Source of the DNA: a virus
Taxonomy: Duplodnaviria > Caudoviricetes
Reading direction: 5' to 3' (one strand)
DNA: 64,000 bases
Virus record (IMG/VR): IMGVR_UViG_3300043464_002149
Under the pieces are notes generated by a model. It did not search any database. It was not told where the DNA came from and saw nothing but the letters and a program-made list of their open reading frames with translations. This document shows positions 29,800 to 40,055 of the stretch, piece after piece. A program made the position numbers and the translations under genes. Within the stretch, counting starts at the first letter, position 1, and the number at the start of each line of letters is the position of its first letter.

Positions 29800-32781
29800 T
29801 TAGTACGTTCCGCCATCGATCACTGTAGAAAACTTAAGTGCCCCATCTGAATTTTTATATCCTAAAATTCCATCAAGTACATCTGTTGTTTCTGTTGTTG
29901 ACACAAAACCAACCACATTACTTGAATTTCTAAACATAATAGCAGATGTGTTGTTTCCATTATCTGTTCCACCTGAATATGAAAGTGTGAAGTTACCGCT
30001 TATCGCCGTATCACCACTACTTGAATCAACCGTAAATTTATTTGTATTAAAAGATAATGTTGTACCACTATATCTTAGTAAACTATCACCAATTGTATTT
30101 GTTCCCGTTGCAATTGGGAAATATGTGTCAGTTAAACTATTTTCTGAACCGTATGTTCCAGCTGTTGTACCAATCATTTTACTTGATTGACCACTTGAAG
30201 AAACAAACATCCAGTAATCATTCAATGAATCCCAAACTACAGATCCAGAAATCCCTGAAGAACCAGAATCTATAACTTCAAATCCAGCATATCTTTCAAA
30301 TGGTGAATATGCATTTAATCTTATAATGTTATCATCCAATTCAATTGTTTGTGATTGAATAATTACATTTGTTGCTGAACCTAATACTTCTAAGTTACCA
30401 GATACATATAAATTTGATTGTAGTTGAGTATTTCCCGTTACTGTTAGTACACCATTTACAGTTAAGTCACCATTGTTTGTTAAACCATTTGTGGTTAATG
30501 AACCTGAAGTTCTAACGTCTCCATCATTTGTGTCAACTTCGAATTGACCGTTTCCGATTTTGAAAACAGTACCATTATAAGTAAATCCTGAACTATCAAT
30601 TAATGAACCACCAGCACCTACGGTTACAATTCTGTCTTGTGTTAAATCTTCAACGGTTGCGGACGCTAATGTTGCTTCACTATCAACATTAATTGTTGAT
30701 TTAAATTGTGCAGAACCTGTAACATCTAAAGTTGAATTCATACCTACAGCCCCTCTTAATTCTGATGTAGAGTTTACTTGTAAGGTTGATTTTAAAGTTG
30801 CAGAACCTGTAACATCCAAACTTGAGTTCATACCTACAGCACCTTTAAGTTGTGATGTTGAATCAACCTGTAATGTTGATTTTAAAGTTGCTGAACCTGT
30901 TACATCCAAAGTTGAGTTAAGCCCTGTCGCCCCTTGAACTTCTAATGTTGATTTTAAAATTGCTGAACCTGTTACATCCAAAGTTGAGTTAAGTCCTGTC
31001 GCCCCTTTAACTTCTAATGTTGAATTTAGAGTTGATGAACCTGTAACATCCAAAGTTGAGTTAAGTCCTGTTGCACCTTTAACTTCTAATGTTGAATTTA
31101 GAGTTGATGAACCTGTAACATTTAATGAAGAACTAACAATTACACCGTTTACACCAACAAGTGTTGCTGTTTGTGCACTATCATTAATCATTAAGTAATT
31201 GGTGTCGTCACCAAAGAAACTTAAACCATTACTAGATTTAATGTGTACATCACTTGCGCCTGTGTTATAAATTTCAAAATATCTTCCGTCGATTTGATCG
31301 GGTTGTAAATAAAGTGAACCAGTACCTAAAATTTTGTCAGTGAACACTGAACCTGTTACTTGTAATGATGAACTAACAATTACACCATTTACACCAACAA
31401 GTGTTGCTGTTTGTGCCGAGTCGTCAATTTTTAAGTAATTCGTATCATCACCAAAGAAGTTAAAATCTGTATTACCTTTAAAGTGAATATCATTACCCGA
31501 AGGTGATGCAGTATTATAAATTTGAAAAAATCTCGAGTCATTTAAATCAGGTTTTAAATATAATGAACCCGTTCCTTGGATATTTGTAACCTCAAGTGCT
31601 CCTGATAAGTTTAAATTACCATTATCAAAAGTTAAACCACTGTAATCTGTTATTAAACCATTAGCACCAGCTACTACTAATCTTTTTTCTGTTAATGCAT
31701 CATTAAAAATTGATCCAGAAACTACTACTTGATCTCCACCACCTGTTCCTAAGTATGATGAACCACTAACAACCAAATCTTCAAATACAGTAATTCCATC
31801 AAGTGAAATTGATTGTGCTTCTAAAATATTAACATATGCTGTTCCACTAACATGTAAATTTCTCCAATTTTTGTCTGTTGAACCTAAATCAAATGAATCA
31901 TGAACATCAGGAACGATTGAAGAACTAACTTCACCGGCAAGAATAATATTATCGGCACTTGAATCACCGACAGTAATATTACCTTTCATAACAATTGAAC
32001 CAGAGGTTCTTATATCACCAGTTGTTGTATCAATTTGGAAATTACCTTGTCCAATATCAAATTTATTACCATCAAATGTTAAGTTAACACTGTCTTCTAA
32101 TAATCCACCAGTACCAACAAGAACTAATCTATTATCTGTTAGACCTGTTACAGTAACTGAACCATTTAAAATAGTATTACCTGTAACATTAAGAGCACCA
32201 CCTAAATCGGTTGTGCCAGAAACTTTTAAATTATTTGAAATATGAACATTTGAACCAGATATTGTTGAACCTGTGATATTAGTAACATTTAAATTACTAC
32301 CAGTTAATGAAGTAATATTACCATTCGTTGTAGTAAGTGTTGCACCAGTTAAATTTGTTACATTTGCATTACTACTTGTAAGTGAAGTAATATTTGAATT
32401 TGTGCTGGTGATTGTAGTTCCAGTTAAATTTGTTATTGTAACATTACTAATGGTATTTCCCTCAATATTACCAGTAAGGTCTAATCTAGCATTACCGTCT
32501 TTACTAAGAATATAAAGAGACTTATTACCTGACGCATAAAATGGTGTCCCATCAACTACTGAACCGTGTGAACCAACTGTAATTGTTGGAGCCGCAGCAC
32601 CTTGATAAATCTTTGAAACTGATCTATAAGCGCCCGCCACACCTTCTGTTTCACCCACAAAAAGAAAAGGACCATTAAGGTCACCTATTGATCCTGTGGC
32701 TACTACAAGTTCAGAAATTCTGGCTGTAACATCTTTTAATTGGGTAATACTACCTCTTCTGTGTTTAATTATTTGTGCCAT
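29800..32781 (-). CDS. tail fibre-like protein with beta-repeat shaft
   Basis: MAQIIKHRRG start; STLDVTGSSTLNSTLEVKGATGLN repeats; internal duplication; C-terminal IDGGTY. Confidence 0.75.
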   Translation of the reverse strand: MAQIIKHRRGSITQLKDVTARISELVVATGSIGDLNGPFLFVGETEGVAGAYRSVSKIYQGAAAPTITVGSHGSVVDGTPFYASGNKSLYILSKDGNARLDLTGNIEGNTISNVTITNLTGTTITSTNSNITSLTSSNANVTNLTGATLTTTNGNITSLTGSNLNVTNITGSTISGSNVHISNNLKVSGTTDLGGALNVTGNTILNGSVTVTGLTDNRLVLVGTGGLLEDSVNLTFDGNKFDIGQGNFQIDTTTGDIRTSGSIVMKGNITVGDSSADNIILAGEVSSSIVPDVHDSFDLGSTDKNWRNLHVSGTAYVNILEAQSISLDGITVFEDLVVSGSSYLGTGGGDQVVVSGSIFNDALTEKRLVVAGANGLITDYSGLTFDNGNLNLSGALEVTNIQGTGSLYLKPDLNDSRFFQIYNTASPSGNDIHFKGNTDFNFFGDDTNYLKIDDSAQTATLVGVNGVIVSSSLQVTGSVFTDKILGTGSLYLQPDQIDGRYFEIYNTGASDVHIKSSNGLSFFGDDTNYLMINDSAQTATLVGVNGVIVSSSLNVTGSSTLNSTLEVKGATGLNSTLDVTGSSTLNSTLEVKGATGLNSTLDVTGSAILKSTLEVQGATGLNSTLDVTGSATLKSTLQVDSTSQLKGAVGMNSSLDVTGSATLKSTLQVNSTSELRGAVGMNSTLDVTGSAQFKSTINVDSEATLASATVEDLTQDRIVTVGAGGSLIDSSGFTYNGTVFKIGNGQFEVDTNDGDVRTSGSLTTNGLTNNGDLTVNGVLTVTGNTQLQSNLYVSGNLEVLGSATNVIIQSQTIELDDNIIRLNAYSPFERYAGFEVIDSGSSGISGSVVWDSLNDYWMFVSSSGQSSKMIGTTAGTYGSENSLTDTYFPIATGTNTIGDSLLRYSGTTLSFNTNKFTVDSSSGDTAISGNFTLSYSGGTDNGNNTSAIMFRNSSNVVGFVSTTETTDVLDGILGYKNSDGALKFSTVIDGGTY
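30680..31130. repeat. imperfect 36/72-bp coding tandem repeats
   Basis: About six copies of a 24-aa unit (STLxVTGSxxLxSTLxVxGAxGxN) in 29800..32781. Confidence 0.8.
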
Positions 32782-32826
32782 CTTTCTTTTTTAATTGTTT
32801 TATTTATATAAATACTTTATTTTTAA

Positions 32827-33564
32827 TTAGAAAAAGCCGTCACCACAGTCGATGACAGAATTTTTATTACGGTCACTTAGTGCCCCTAAATTTTCTATCA
32901 CTAACGATGCTGAGACTATTTGGCTGTTAACAATATTTTTAACTATTGCCATAGCACCAGATACCGTTAATGTGTCTTTATCATGTGTTGTTTGAACTAA
33001 AGTAGTGCCACCTTCAACTTTTAGGTCGCCTATAATTCTAACCGAACCACTCATTAATATTGTTGAACCGTCATCAGAAACCCTAGAATTTACTAAAGTT
33101 CCGCTTGGACCAGCTTTTTGTAAATAATCAATAGTACCAGTACCACCTAACAATAAAGGAAGTTCAGACCCTAAAGGACCGGCGATCCACCTGTCATTAG
33201 CTGAATCCCATAAAAATGAACCTGAAATTGTGTTTGGCGCGGTTGGATCTTTTATTAATAGACCACCAAAAGCAGCTGAACTACCGTTTAATTCTACGAT
33301 ATTGTCACCTATGGTCACAACATTAGATTCAACGGAAGTTGTTGTTCCTTTTACTGTAAGGTTACCACTAACAACCAAATTACCTGGTATATCAAGGTCA
33401 CCATCAATACTTAAAGAGCCGGAACTATATAAATTTTTAGCATAAACCGCTTCTAAGTAATTAGAACCGGGTCCACCCAATATAACCAAAGAAGCTGATC
33501 CACTAGAGTTTAATGGAACGTTTTGGGTGTCTATCTGTAACCAATTTATCTGTTGTAAAGGCAT
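32827..33564 (-). CDS. tail fibre-related structural protein
   Basis: GNLTVKGTTTSVES...DNIVELNG block similar to the LDDNIIRLNA/DNIITVNA blocks of the neighbouring fibres; ends IDCGDGFF. Confidence 0.65.
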   Translation of the reverse strand: MPLQQINWLQIDTQNVPLNSSGSASLVILGGPGSNYLEAVYAKNLYSSGSLSIDGDLDIPGNLVVSGNLTVKGTTTSVESNVVTIGDNIVELNGSSAAFGGLLIKDPTAPNTISGSFLWDSANDRWIAGPLGSELPLLLGGTGTIDYLQKAGPSGTLVNSRVSDDGSTILMSGSVRIIGDLKVEGGTTLVQTTHDKDTLTVSGAMAIVKNIVNSQIVSASLVIENLGALSDRNKNSVIDCGDGFF

Positions 33565-33613
33565 GTAAAAGTAAAGTCTTTTACATAAATACTTTTATTA
33601 TGGTTCTTCGCAT

Positions 33614-33644
33614 AAAAAAGGGGAATTTTTTTAAATCCCCCTTT
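33614..33644 (-). terminator. intrinsic terminator
   Basis: Minus strand AAAGGGGGAT-loop-ATTCCCCTTT followed by TTT. Confidence 0.7.
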
Positions 33645-33652
33645 CATTTTTT

Positions 33653-33925
33653 TTACAGATATTTTTTTATTTTTTCTATTGCTTCTTCTTTAGTGTTAAA
33701 ATCCCTCCCCGCAACAAATATTGGCCCAGAAAGGGTTTGAGGATCTTGTAAATAAACCGTTGGTAATGCATCTAGGTTTGTTAGTTTGATAACCTCGTCA
33801 TAAATTTTTCTATTTTTATTAACCTCAAACTCATCATATTCTATTCCCTGTTTGCTTAATTCTTCCTTTAATACTTTACAATGAGAACAGCCATTAATTG
33901 TGAATATGTTAATAGAATAACCCAT
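33653..33925 (-). CDS. glutaredoxin-like protein
   Basis: GCSHC CxxC motif and LPTV cis-Pro motif. Confidence 0.85.
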   Translation of the reverse strand: MGYSINIFTINGCSHCKVLKEELSKQGIEYDEFEVNKNRKIYDEVIKLTNLDALPTVYLQDPQTLSGPIFVAGRDFNTKEEAIEKIKKYL

Positions 33926-33926
33926 T

Positions 33927-34232
33927 TTACAAATCGTTTAATATTTTTTTATAGAATCCATCTGAATTAGCTCCACTTGATCTATCTATCAATTCTCCGT
34001 TTTTATATATTATAACCGTTGGTACAGATCTAATACCCATTTTCATTGAATGATCTGTGTTTTCATCAACATCAACAGATACAAATTTTGCATTTGGGTA
34101 CTCTGATTCTAATGCTGTTAGTCTAGGCATTAAAGTTTTACAAGGGCCACACCACTTGGCGAAATAATCCACCAAAACAACTTTGTCTTGGGTTAATAAT
34201 TGTTCTACAACATCTCCTGATACGTTTTCCAT
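33927..34232 (-). CDS. trxA: thioredoxin
   Basis: WCGPCK active site and GIRSVPT. Confidence 0.92.
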   Translation of the reverse strand: MENVSGDVVEQLLTQDKVVLVDYFAKWCGPCKTLMPRLTALESEYPNAKFVSVDVDENTDHSMKMGIRSVPTVIIYKNGELIDRSSGANSDGFYKKILNDL

Positions 34233-34235
34233 AAT

Positions 34236-35306
34236 TTAAAATCCTATTTTACTTGTTTTTTTATTTGACGATTTATGAACCTCAACATCTACATTATATA
34301 TATCTGCTAAAACCATTCCTTGGTCCGATATAAAATCTTTTTTTAGATGTTTTAATAGTTTATTTGTTTCTTCGATTGATAATTTATCAAACTTATGTTC
34401 TGCTATCAATCTACCCTTTCTTAACAGTGCTTGATCAATTCTCTCCCTTTTCATATTAAAGGTAGCAATCACTTGGATATTCAAACAATCCCCCAATATA
34501 CCATCGGTTAGGTTTAATAAATTGGAAACCCCGGATGCTGAACCATTACCTTCTCTATCTGAGATTACTCTTTCAGCATCCTCAATAATAAGAACAGTAT
34601 TTCTATGATCCATTAAAAATGGTATAATACTTGGCTCAGATAACATCTCAGCCATTGATGGTGGAATAAATAAAATATCTTTATCCTTAACCAATTTTGT
34701 TAAGTACTTTATATATGACGTTTTACCAGTACCTGGTTCGCCATGTAATAAAATAATACCTTTATCGTTTGGTTTATTTAATCTTTTTACAATAATATCG
34801 TGTACTTGTTTGAAGTCTTCACCATAGTTAAAGATCAAATCAATATCCGGAACAGCAAGATCATACTCTTCAGTATCTAAATGTCCCATTTCACTTTTAA
34901 CAAGATTGATATTTGCTTTTTTCTTATTCTTCGCAAATTTCTTAATCTCATTAAAATTTATTTGCTCTTGTAATTCACCTTCAGTAATATCATAGAAAAA
35001 ACTAAGAATAATTAATGGGTTTTTTTCTGTGGTCTTACCATGCGAAAAAGACACAAACATTTTTCTTTCGTAGTTCACAAATAAACGTTCAGACGAATTC
35101 ATCTCACGGTTTGAAAGTTCGATTCGTGAGATCTCAGAAAAATCATGACTTTTAAAATACGCTATGATATCGTGTGAATACGTTTGCTTATATGAATGTT
35201 TAGATGGGATTGAATTGAAATGAATCAAAAACATCTGTTCTATCGGAGCTTCATTTCCGTAAGATGTTTCATATAAACTATAGTTTTGTGGATACTCTAT
35301 CTTCAT
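34236..35306 (-). CDS. AAA+ ATPase
   Basis: Walker A LHGEPGTGKT, Walker B LIIEDAE, LLNLTDG, ALLRKGRL arginine finger. Confidence 0.9.
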   Translation of the reverse strand: MKIEYPQNYSLYETSYGNEAPIEQMFLIHFNSIPSKHSYKQTYSHDIIAYFKSHDFSEISRIELSNREMNSSERLFVNYERKMFVSFSHGKTTEKNPLIILSFFYDITEGELQEQINFNEIKKFAKNKKKANINLVKSEMGHLDTEEYDLAVPDIDLIFNYGEDFKQVHDIIVKRLNKPNDKGIILLHGEPGTGKTSYIKYLTKLVKDKDILFIPPSMAEMLSEPSIIPFLMDHRNTVLIIEDAERVISDREGNGSASGVSNLLNLTDGILGDCLNIQVIATFNMKRERIDQALLRKGRLIAEHKFDKLSIEETNKLLKHLKKDFISDQGMVLADIYNVDVEVHKSSNKKTSKIGF

Positions 35307-35344
35307 GTATTAAATATACATGAAAAAAATCATAAAACAAAATG

Positions 35345-35638
35345 CTAATTCATTGAAGTTGGGGGGAAATCTTTAAAAAACATAAAAAGGCCATCTTCGC
35401 TATAAAAAACGTCCTGTCTGCTAACAGTAACAGCTAATATTGTTTTACGTAATAATTCAAATTGCTCTCTGGTTAACTCTGGCTGCCCATTATCTTCAAA
35501 GTTTTTTTCAGAAATAATAGTCAGATGTTTATAAAATTCATCGACGTCAGAGTTACCAATGAAATATTCTCTTGCTTCATTATTTGAGTTTAAATAATTT
35601 TTTACCTTCTGTAAATAAACAAGTATTTCTGTCTGCAT
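35345..35638 (-). CDS. hypothetical protein
   Basis: 97-aa ORF in the operon. Confidence 0.6.
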   Translation of the reverse strand: MQTEILVYLQKVKNYLNSNNEAREYFIGNSDVDEFYKHLTIISEKNFEDNGQPELTREQFELLRKTILAVTVSRQDVFYSEDGLFMFFKDFPPTSMN

Positions 35639-35640
35639 CT

Positions 35641-36162
35641 TTAAACTTTTGATATCTGTTCAATACTAACCTCAACTATAGTATCTCGTCCAAAAACTTT
35701 AACATTAAGTTGAACTTTATCATTATAGATATGGCTAACAACCCCATTAAATGACGCAAATGGGCCTTCATTAATAACAGCGTTTTCTCCTATCACGAAT
35801 TTAATGCTTTTACTTTCTTTGTGTTTTTCTAACAGTTCGTCTTTTAAAATTTTATTGATATCGTCTTCGCTCATTCTTCTTGGTTTTTTGTCACCAAGCA
35901 TACCCATAACCGCCGGAAATGCCGCAACCGTTTTTAATTGGTCTTCAGTTAGCTGATTTTGAGATTCAAAGTAAAGGTAGCCATTATATATGATTTTCTC
36001 TCTAGAAACTTTCTTTTTTCTAAGAACCACGAATTCTTTTTCCATAGGGCAGACAAATCTATCAATAAACCCAATCTTGCCCAACCCAATTTGTGTGTTG
36101 AATTGTTCACTTAGTTGTCTTTCCTTACCGGGCATCACCTTTATTACATACCATTTAGACAT
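35641..36162 (-). CDS. nusG: transcription termination/antitermination factor NusG family
   Basis: KWYVIKVMPGKE, YNGYLYFE NGN domain; KOW motif AVINEGPFASFNGVV...VKVFGRDTIVEV. Confidence 0.9.
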   Translation of the reverse strand: MSKWYVIKVMPGKERQLSEQFNTQIGLGKIGFIDRFVCPMEKEFVVLRKKKVSREKIIYNGYLYFESQNQLTEDQLKTVAAFPAVMGMLGDKKPRRMSEDDINKILKDELLEKHKESKSIKFVIGENAVINEGPFASFNGVVSHIYNDKVQLNVKVFGRDTIVEVSIEQISKV

Positions 36163-36272
36163 ATTAGTTTTTTTATATAAATATTTATTTTTTTATCCTA
36201 ACATTAATATAGGGATAAATTTCAAAATAAGCAAATGTTTGGTTTTTAGGAAAAAATTAGTTATAATTAAAT

Positions 36273-36425
36273 ATGTCTTGCACGAGTTGTAAAAAAAAGA
36301 AGTCATTTATCGAAGAAAAGGAAGAACTGTTATCAGGTTTTAATAGTTCTGCTATTGGATTTGCTATAATTTGGTCTATTTTGGCTCTATATGGGCTTTA
36401 TTCTTTAATTATGTTATTTGTATGA
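36273..36425 (+). CDS. small membrane protein with N-terminal CxxC (50 aa)
   Basis: Hand-translated MSCTSCKKKKSFIEEKEELLSGFNSSAIGFAIIWSILALYGLYSLIMLFV; TATAAT at 36262; ATGA coupling to the next gene. Confidence 0.6.
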   Translation: MSCTSCKKKKSFIEEKEELLSGFNSSAIGFAIIWSILALYGLYSLIMLFV

Positions 36426-37072
36426 GTAAGGAGCCAAAATATATGATCGTTGTCATGTTGAATAAAAAAAGAAAAAAAGTTCTTTATAAAAGCAACAGGA
36501 GAACAACCATTAACGAATACTGGAGAGAGTGTAAAACACAAAAAAAACCCCCATATTGTGCAGAAAATAGGGGTAGATCAAGAGCTAAGTTAAACTTTCA
36601 TTTAATGCTCGTTTATCCCAACAATAGATGGGCAAAAAACGATGAGAAATTTCATATTACTGATCATTTAGGTAGAAGCCAGGAGGTTTTTATTGAAAGT
36701 GATGACTATAGAATTAAGGAAATTATTCCTTGGTGGGAACCTGAAAAGATATATGACTTTCAGCAGAAAAAACACATCTATTTTGAAGAGATGTTCGATA
36801 TTATTAATAAAATATCCGAGTATGCTCAAATCTTCACACTTAATAATAAAATTTTTGTACAGATTGATGATGATGTCACTGTGTATAAAAACAAAAACCT
36901 CAACGATACGCAGAGGTTATTTACATTATTACAATCAGAGCTGTTAAAAAAGAAAAGAACAAACTTTATGTTTGTTAAGGATGTTACATCGTATCAAAGA
37001 AAATTACTTTATGATATATTAGAACCGAAGGGGTTCTCTAGAAATGAGTTGTTTAGGCATTACTCATATTAA
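36422..37072 (+). CDS. hypothetical basic protein
   Basis: The start is better placed at 36422 (MSKEPK), coupled to the upstream stop, than at 36371. Confidence 0.7.
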   Translation: MSKEPKYMIVVMLNKKRKKVLYKSNRRTTINEYWRECKTQKKPPYCAENRGRSRAKLNFHLMLVYPNNRWAKNDEKFHITDHLGRSQEVFIESDDYRIKEIIPWWEPEKIYDFQQKKHIYFEEMFDIINKISEYAQIFTLNNKIFVQIDDDVTVYKNKNLNDTQRLFTLLQSELLKKKRTNFMFVKDVTSYQRKLLYDILEPKGFSRNELFRHYSY

Positions 37073-37286
37073 ACACAATATTAACATCACCAATTCTAAT
37101 GTTAAATGTATTTTTGGGTCTTTCACTCATAAATCTGCCCTTAGTTTCAACCATTTTATAAATTCGAAAGAATTCATTTTCAGGCACTTCTAATACTAAT
37201 GTTTGACTTTTTGAGTTAACATTAATTTTTTCTAATAGGTCGGATACAATTGCTAGCTGATTAAAAACATCACCTTTTTTTTCCAT
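37053..37286 (-). CDS. hypothetical protein
   Basis: ATG at 37286 (MEKKGD). Confidence 0.6.
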   Translation of the reverse strand: MEKKGDVFNQLAIVSDLLEKINVNSKSQTLVLEVPENEFFRIYKMVETKGRFMSERPKNTFNIRIGDVNIVFNMSNA

Positions 37287-37473
37287 AACCAAAAATTATA
37301 AGTAATTTATCCCATATAGATATTTTCTTTTTTGGTTTTTGAATAAACATCTGGGATTTATCGAGTGACTTAATTTCTTTTAGTTGGTTTTTTTTGTGTT
37401 CCAGTATTTCCTTCTTGTCCTTCTCCATCTCTTTCGAGAGCCAACTCATCCCCTGTTGAATCTTCTTGTCCAT
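37270..37473 (-). CDS. small basic protein
   Basis: 67 aa; overlaps the upstream gene by 104 nt. Confidence 0.55.
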   Translation of the reverse strand: MDKKIQQGMSWLSKEMEKDKKEILEHKKNQLKEIKSLDKSQMFIQKPKKKISIWDKLLIIFGYGKKR

Positions 37474-37843
37474 TTTCAGTGATAAAATTTATTTCTTTCA
37501 ATTTATGTAACGACTCATGTTTGAATAGGGTTTCTAATTCTCTAACCTTTTCTTTAAAAAGTCTTTCCTTTTCTTCCAATTCAATATTAAATTTAATTAT
37601 TTCTTCAGCACATATCCTGGCGGTATCATAACCGTCTTGTGTAGCTAATGAAATAACAGATACTAATTGACTCTTATCATTCTTATCTTGAACTTTGAGT
37701 TGTAGCGATTTATATTGCGATACAATATTTTGTATGTTCTCTAGTCTCCAGGTTGTTGGTATCCTTAGATCTAAACTAACGTTGTCACTAATCTCTCTTA
37801 GAGAAAAGAAATATGGCCTTAAATTTGAAATTAATTCGTACAC
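37370..37843 (-). CDS. hypothetical coiled-coil protein
   Basis: GTG start, 157 aa. Confidence 0.65.
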   Translation of the reverse strand: MYELISNLRPYFFSLREISDNVSLDLRIPTTWRLENIQNIVSQYKSLQLKVQDKNDKSQLVSVISLATQDGYDTARICAEEIIKFNIELEEKERLFKEKVRELETLFKHESLHKLKEINFITENGQEDSTGDELALERDGEGQEGNTGTQKKPTKRN

Positions 37844-38025
37844 TATATTGTAATTAAAAATGTTATTATAAAAGATACTGCAACGTAAATTAACATTTCA
37901 GTAATTTTATTTATTGTCATTGGTTTCGGATTATCGCTTCTTAGCATCATAATAAATTCAACTGCATATCTCAGTAAAAAAACAATACTAAAAACGAAGA
38001 AAAATAAACTAGTTATCTTGATCAT
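37843..38025 (-). CDS. small two-TM membrane protein
   Basis: Two hydrophobic segments in 60 aa. Confidence 0.6.
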   Translation of the reverse strand: MIKITSLFFFVFSIVFLLRYAVEFIMMLRSDNPKPMTINKITEMLIYVAVSFIITFLITI

Positions 38026-38197
38026 GATTCTTGATTTCGTCTAATATTTCTTTTCTATATACACCAATAAGGGCTTTAAGCTCCTGCGCGTGTTTTCTAG
38101 CTCGAATAGATGCACTTCGATTACCCTTGATAAAAACTTTTTGGGTATCAACAGACATTTTTTCAACTAAGTCTTTTATTTTTTTTAATGTTTCCAT
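38009..38197 (-). CDS. histone H1-like (Hc1) nucleoid protein
   Basis: KVFIKGNRSASIRARKHAQELKAL resembles the Hc1 family core (KGNKAAGxRARK..xEL). Confidence 0.7.
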   Translation of the reverse strand: METLKKIKDLVEKMSVDTQKVFIKGNRSASIRARKHAQELKALIGVYRKEILDEIKNHDQDN

Positions 38198-38269
38198 TTT
38201 TTAGATATTTTATCTATAACAATATAAATAAAAATATCCAGTTTTTAAAGCCAAAAACGAGATTTTTTT

Positions 38270-38722
38270 TCACTTTTTGATATTTGCTTCTAAAATCTTA
38301 TAGATTTCAGTAAGCATATCTAGCTCGGATCTGGTTTTTCTGTAGTCGAATTGGAACAGTTTTGTGAAGTATTCTTTGATTCTGTTGTTGGAGCTATTTT
38401 CGTTTAAATAAAAAGCTTCGTAGAAGAAATTCCATAAATAATCGCGGTGTTGACCGGATTCTCTGAATCTAATTGATTCTTTTTCAAAGTTTTTGATAAC
38501 CTTGTTCCAACACCAATTAAAATGATTTTTTTGTTCTTGTTCAGTAATAATAACATCTGGACCTAGATAGGTTTCATCTATTGTATCATGTAGAGAAAGA
38601 ACAAAATCGTGAAATAATTCGACTTTCTCTCGTATGATATTATACGCTTTATACCAAACTTCTATTTGATTACGGAAATTTTCAGATGCAATAAATTCTA
38701 AATAACTTTCGTCCTTTTTCAT
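38270..38722 (-). CDS. hypothetical protein
   Basis: 150-aa aromatic-rich ORF. Confidence 0.7.
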   Translation of the reverse strand: MKKDESYLEFIASENFRNQIEVWYKAYNIIREKVELFHDFVLSLHDTIDETYLGPDVIITEQEQKNHFNWCWNKVIKNFEKESIRFRESGQHRDYLWNFFYEAFYLNENSSNNRIKEYFTKLFQFDYRKTRSELDMLTEIYKILEANIKK

Positions 38723-38773
38723 ATTACTTATATACCTTTAATATAAGGATAAAAGAAATGAAAAAAAAGAGAG

Positions 38774-40054
38774 TTATTGAGTTTTCTTATTGTAAGAAGC
38801 CATTTGTTTCATTCTTTGAATTTCTTCAGAAATTATGTTTTCAGCTACTTGTTTAGATTCCTTAACTTCTCTTGAGGGTTGCACATCTTTTTTGTACATT
38901 GGCATGTTTCCCTCTTCTTTATCTTTTCTCTTAACCTTTTTAATAATTTTTTCACCTAACTTACTTGGGACAACATTTGCAGCATCTTGTGAATTACCCA
39001 TTTTGCTATCTCCTTTTAATGCCATTTCATGTCTGTCCTGCGCTTCTTTTGATGGATCTACATCATAGATTAAATCTTCTAATCCACCACCTCTGTGATC
39101 AGCAACTTCTTCAGATTCTTTTTCATCCGCTCTTCTTGCTTTTACTTCCCCACCAATTTGATTTGGAAATTCTGGATTATCGTTACCATCAAAATTTAAA
39201 TACTCTTTGATCTTTTGTTCAACATCAGATAATGCTTCATTATTTTGTGAACCACTTCCTTTGTGTGACTTCTCATATGTTTCCATACCTGGAACAGCTT
39301 CACTTACCATCTTTTTGATAAGGCTTACTAATTCCGATTCACTTAAACGAATTGATTTTTTAGACTCATACATACTATCTCCACATTCACAGATTTCCTT
39401 ACCACATTTTTCACATGTTTCCCCTTCTTCCATAGAATTACTACCACATTCATAACACTCTTCTTCTCCCTCCTCAACATCAAATTCTTTCCCATCAACA
39501 GTAAATGAATCATCACCATCTTCTTTCGCTTTAGCTAAAGCACCAGTAAATGCGTTACCTTCTTTTGGTTCTGTTTTCTTTACTTTAATTTTAGATTTTA
39601 ATTCTGGCATATCATAATCCTCCAAAATTTCAAAAACACGACTTGCTGGAACTTTCTCACCATACATTTCACATAATTCTTCTAATGCATCTTGTGCATC
39701 TGGTACTACATCACCAGCTTTTTTAGCTAATTTTAATACTTGTTCCATTGTAAAATGGCCCTTATGTGTTGATTCGTTCATATTTTTCATGTTTTCTAAT
39801 TTTTCTGACATTTTATCTAATTCTTCAAATGATAATTTTTCACCAGGCTCAATTATTAATTCTTGATCTGGATTATCTTTTTTATATGTTTCTAAGGCTT
39901 TTTGAGCTTCTTCTTCAGTTTCAAACTGTTCAATAGGTTCACCTTGTTTATTCTTAATAATATAAACCTCATCTGAAATCCCTTCCAGAATAGCTTTTTT
40001 TATTTCTCTGGTAATTGATTCTTTTATAATATTTTTTAATTCTTCGGTTTTCAT
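38774..40054 (-). CDS. acidic putative head/virion-internal protein
   Basis: Glu-rich, with repeated helical motifs (LKNIIKES, RLSESELVSLIKKMVSE, IISEEIQRMKQM). Confidence 0.55.
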   Translation of the reverse strand: MKTEELKNIIKESITREIKKAILEGISDEVYIIKNKQGEPIEQFETEEEAQKALETYKKDNPDQELIIEPGEKLSFEELDKMSEKLENMKNMNESTHKGHFTMEQVLKLAKKAGDVVPDAQDALEELCEMYGEKVPASRVFEILEDYDMPELKSKIKVKKTEPKEGNAFTGALAKAKEDGDDSFTVDGKEFDVEEGEEECYECGSNSMEEGETCEKCGKEICECGDSMYESKKSIRLSESELVSLIKKMVSEAVPGMETYEKSHKGSGSQNNEALSDVEQKIKEYLNFDGNDNPEFPNQIGGEVKARRADEKESEEVADHRGGGLEDLIYDVDPSKEAQDRHEMALKGDSKMGNSQDAANVVPSKLGEKIIKKVKRKDKEEGNMPMYKKDVQPSREVKESKQVAENIISEEIQRMKQMASYNKKTQ

Positions 40055-40055
40055 A

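Noticed and set aside
36371-36421. ORF-track starts at 36371, 46789, 55044, 60671 and 62715
   Set aside because: These extend through upstream genes, terminators or promoter motifs, or are internal TTG codons; better starts are given in the feature list.
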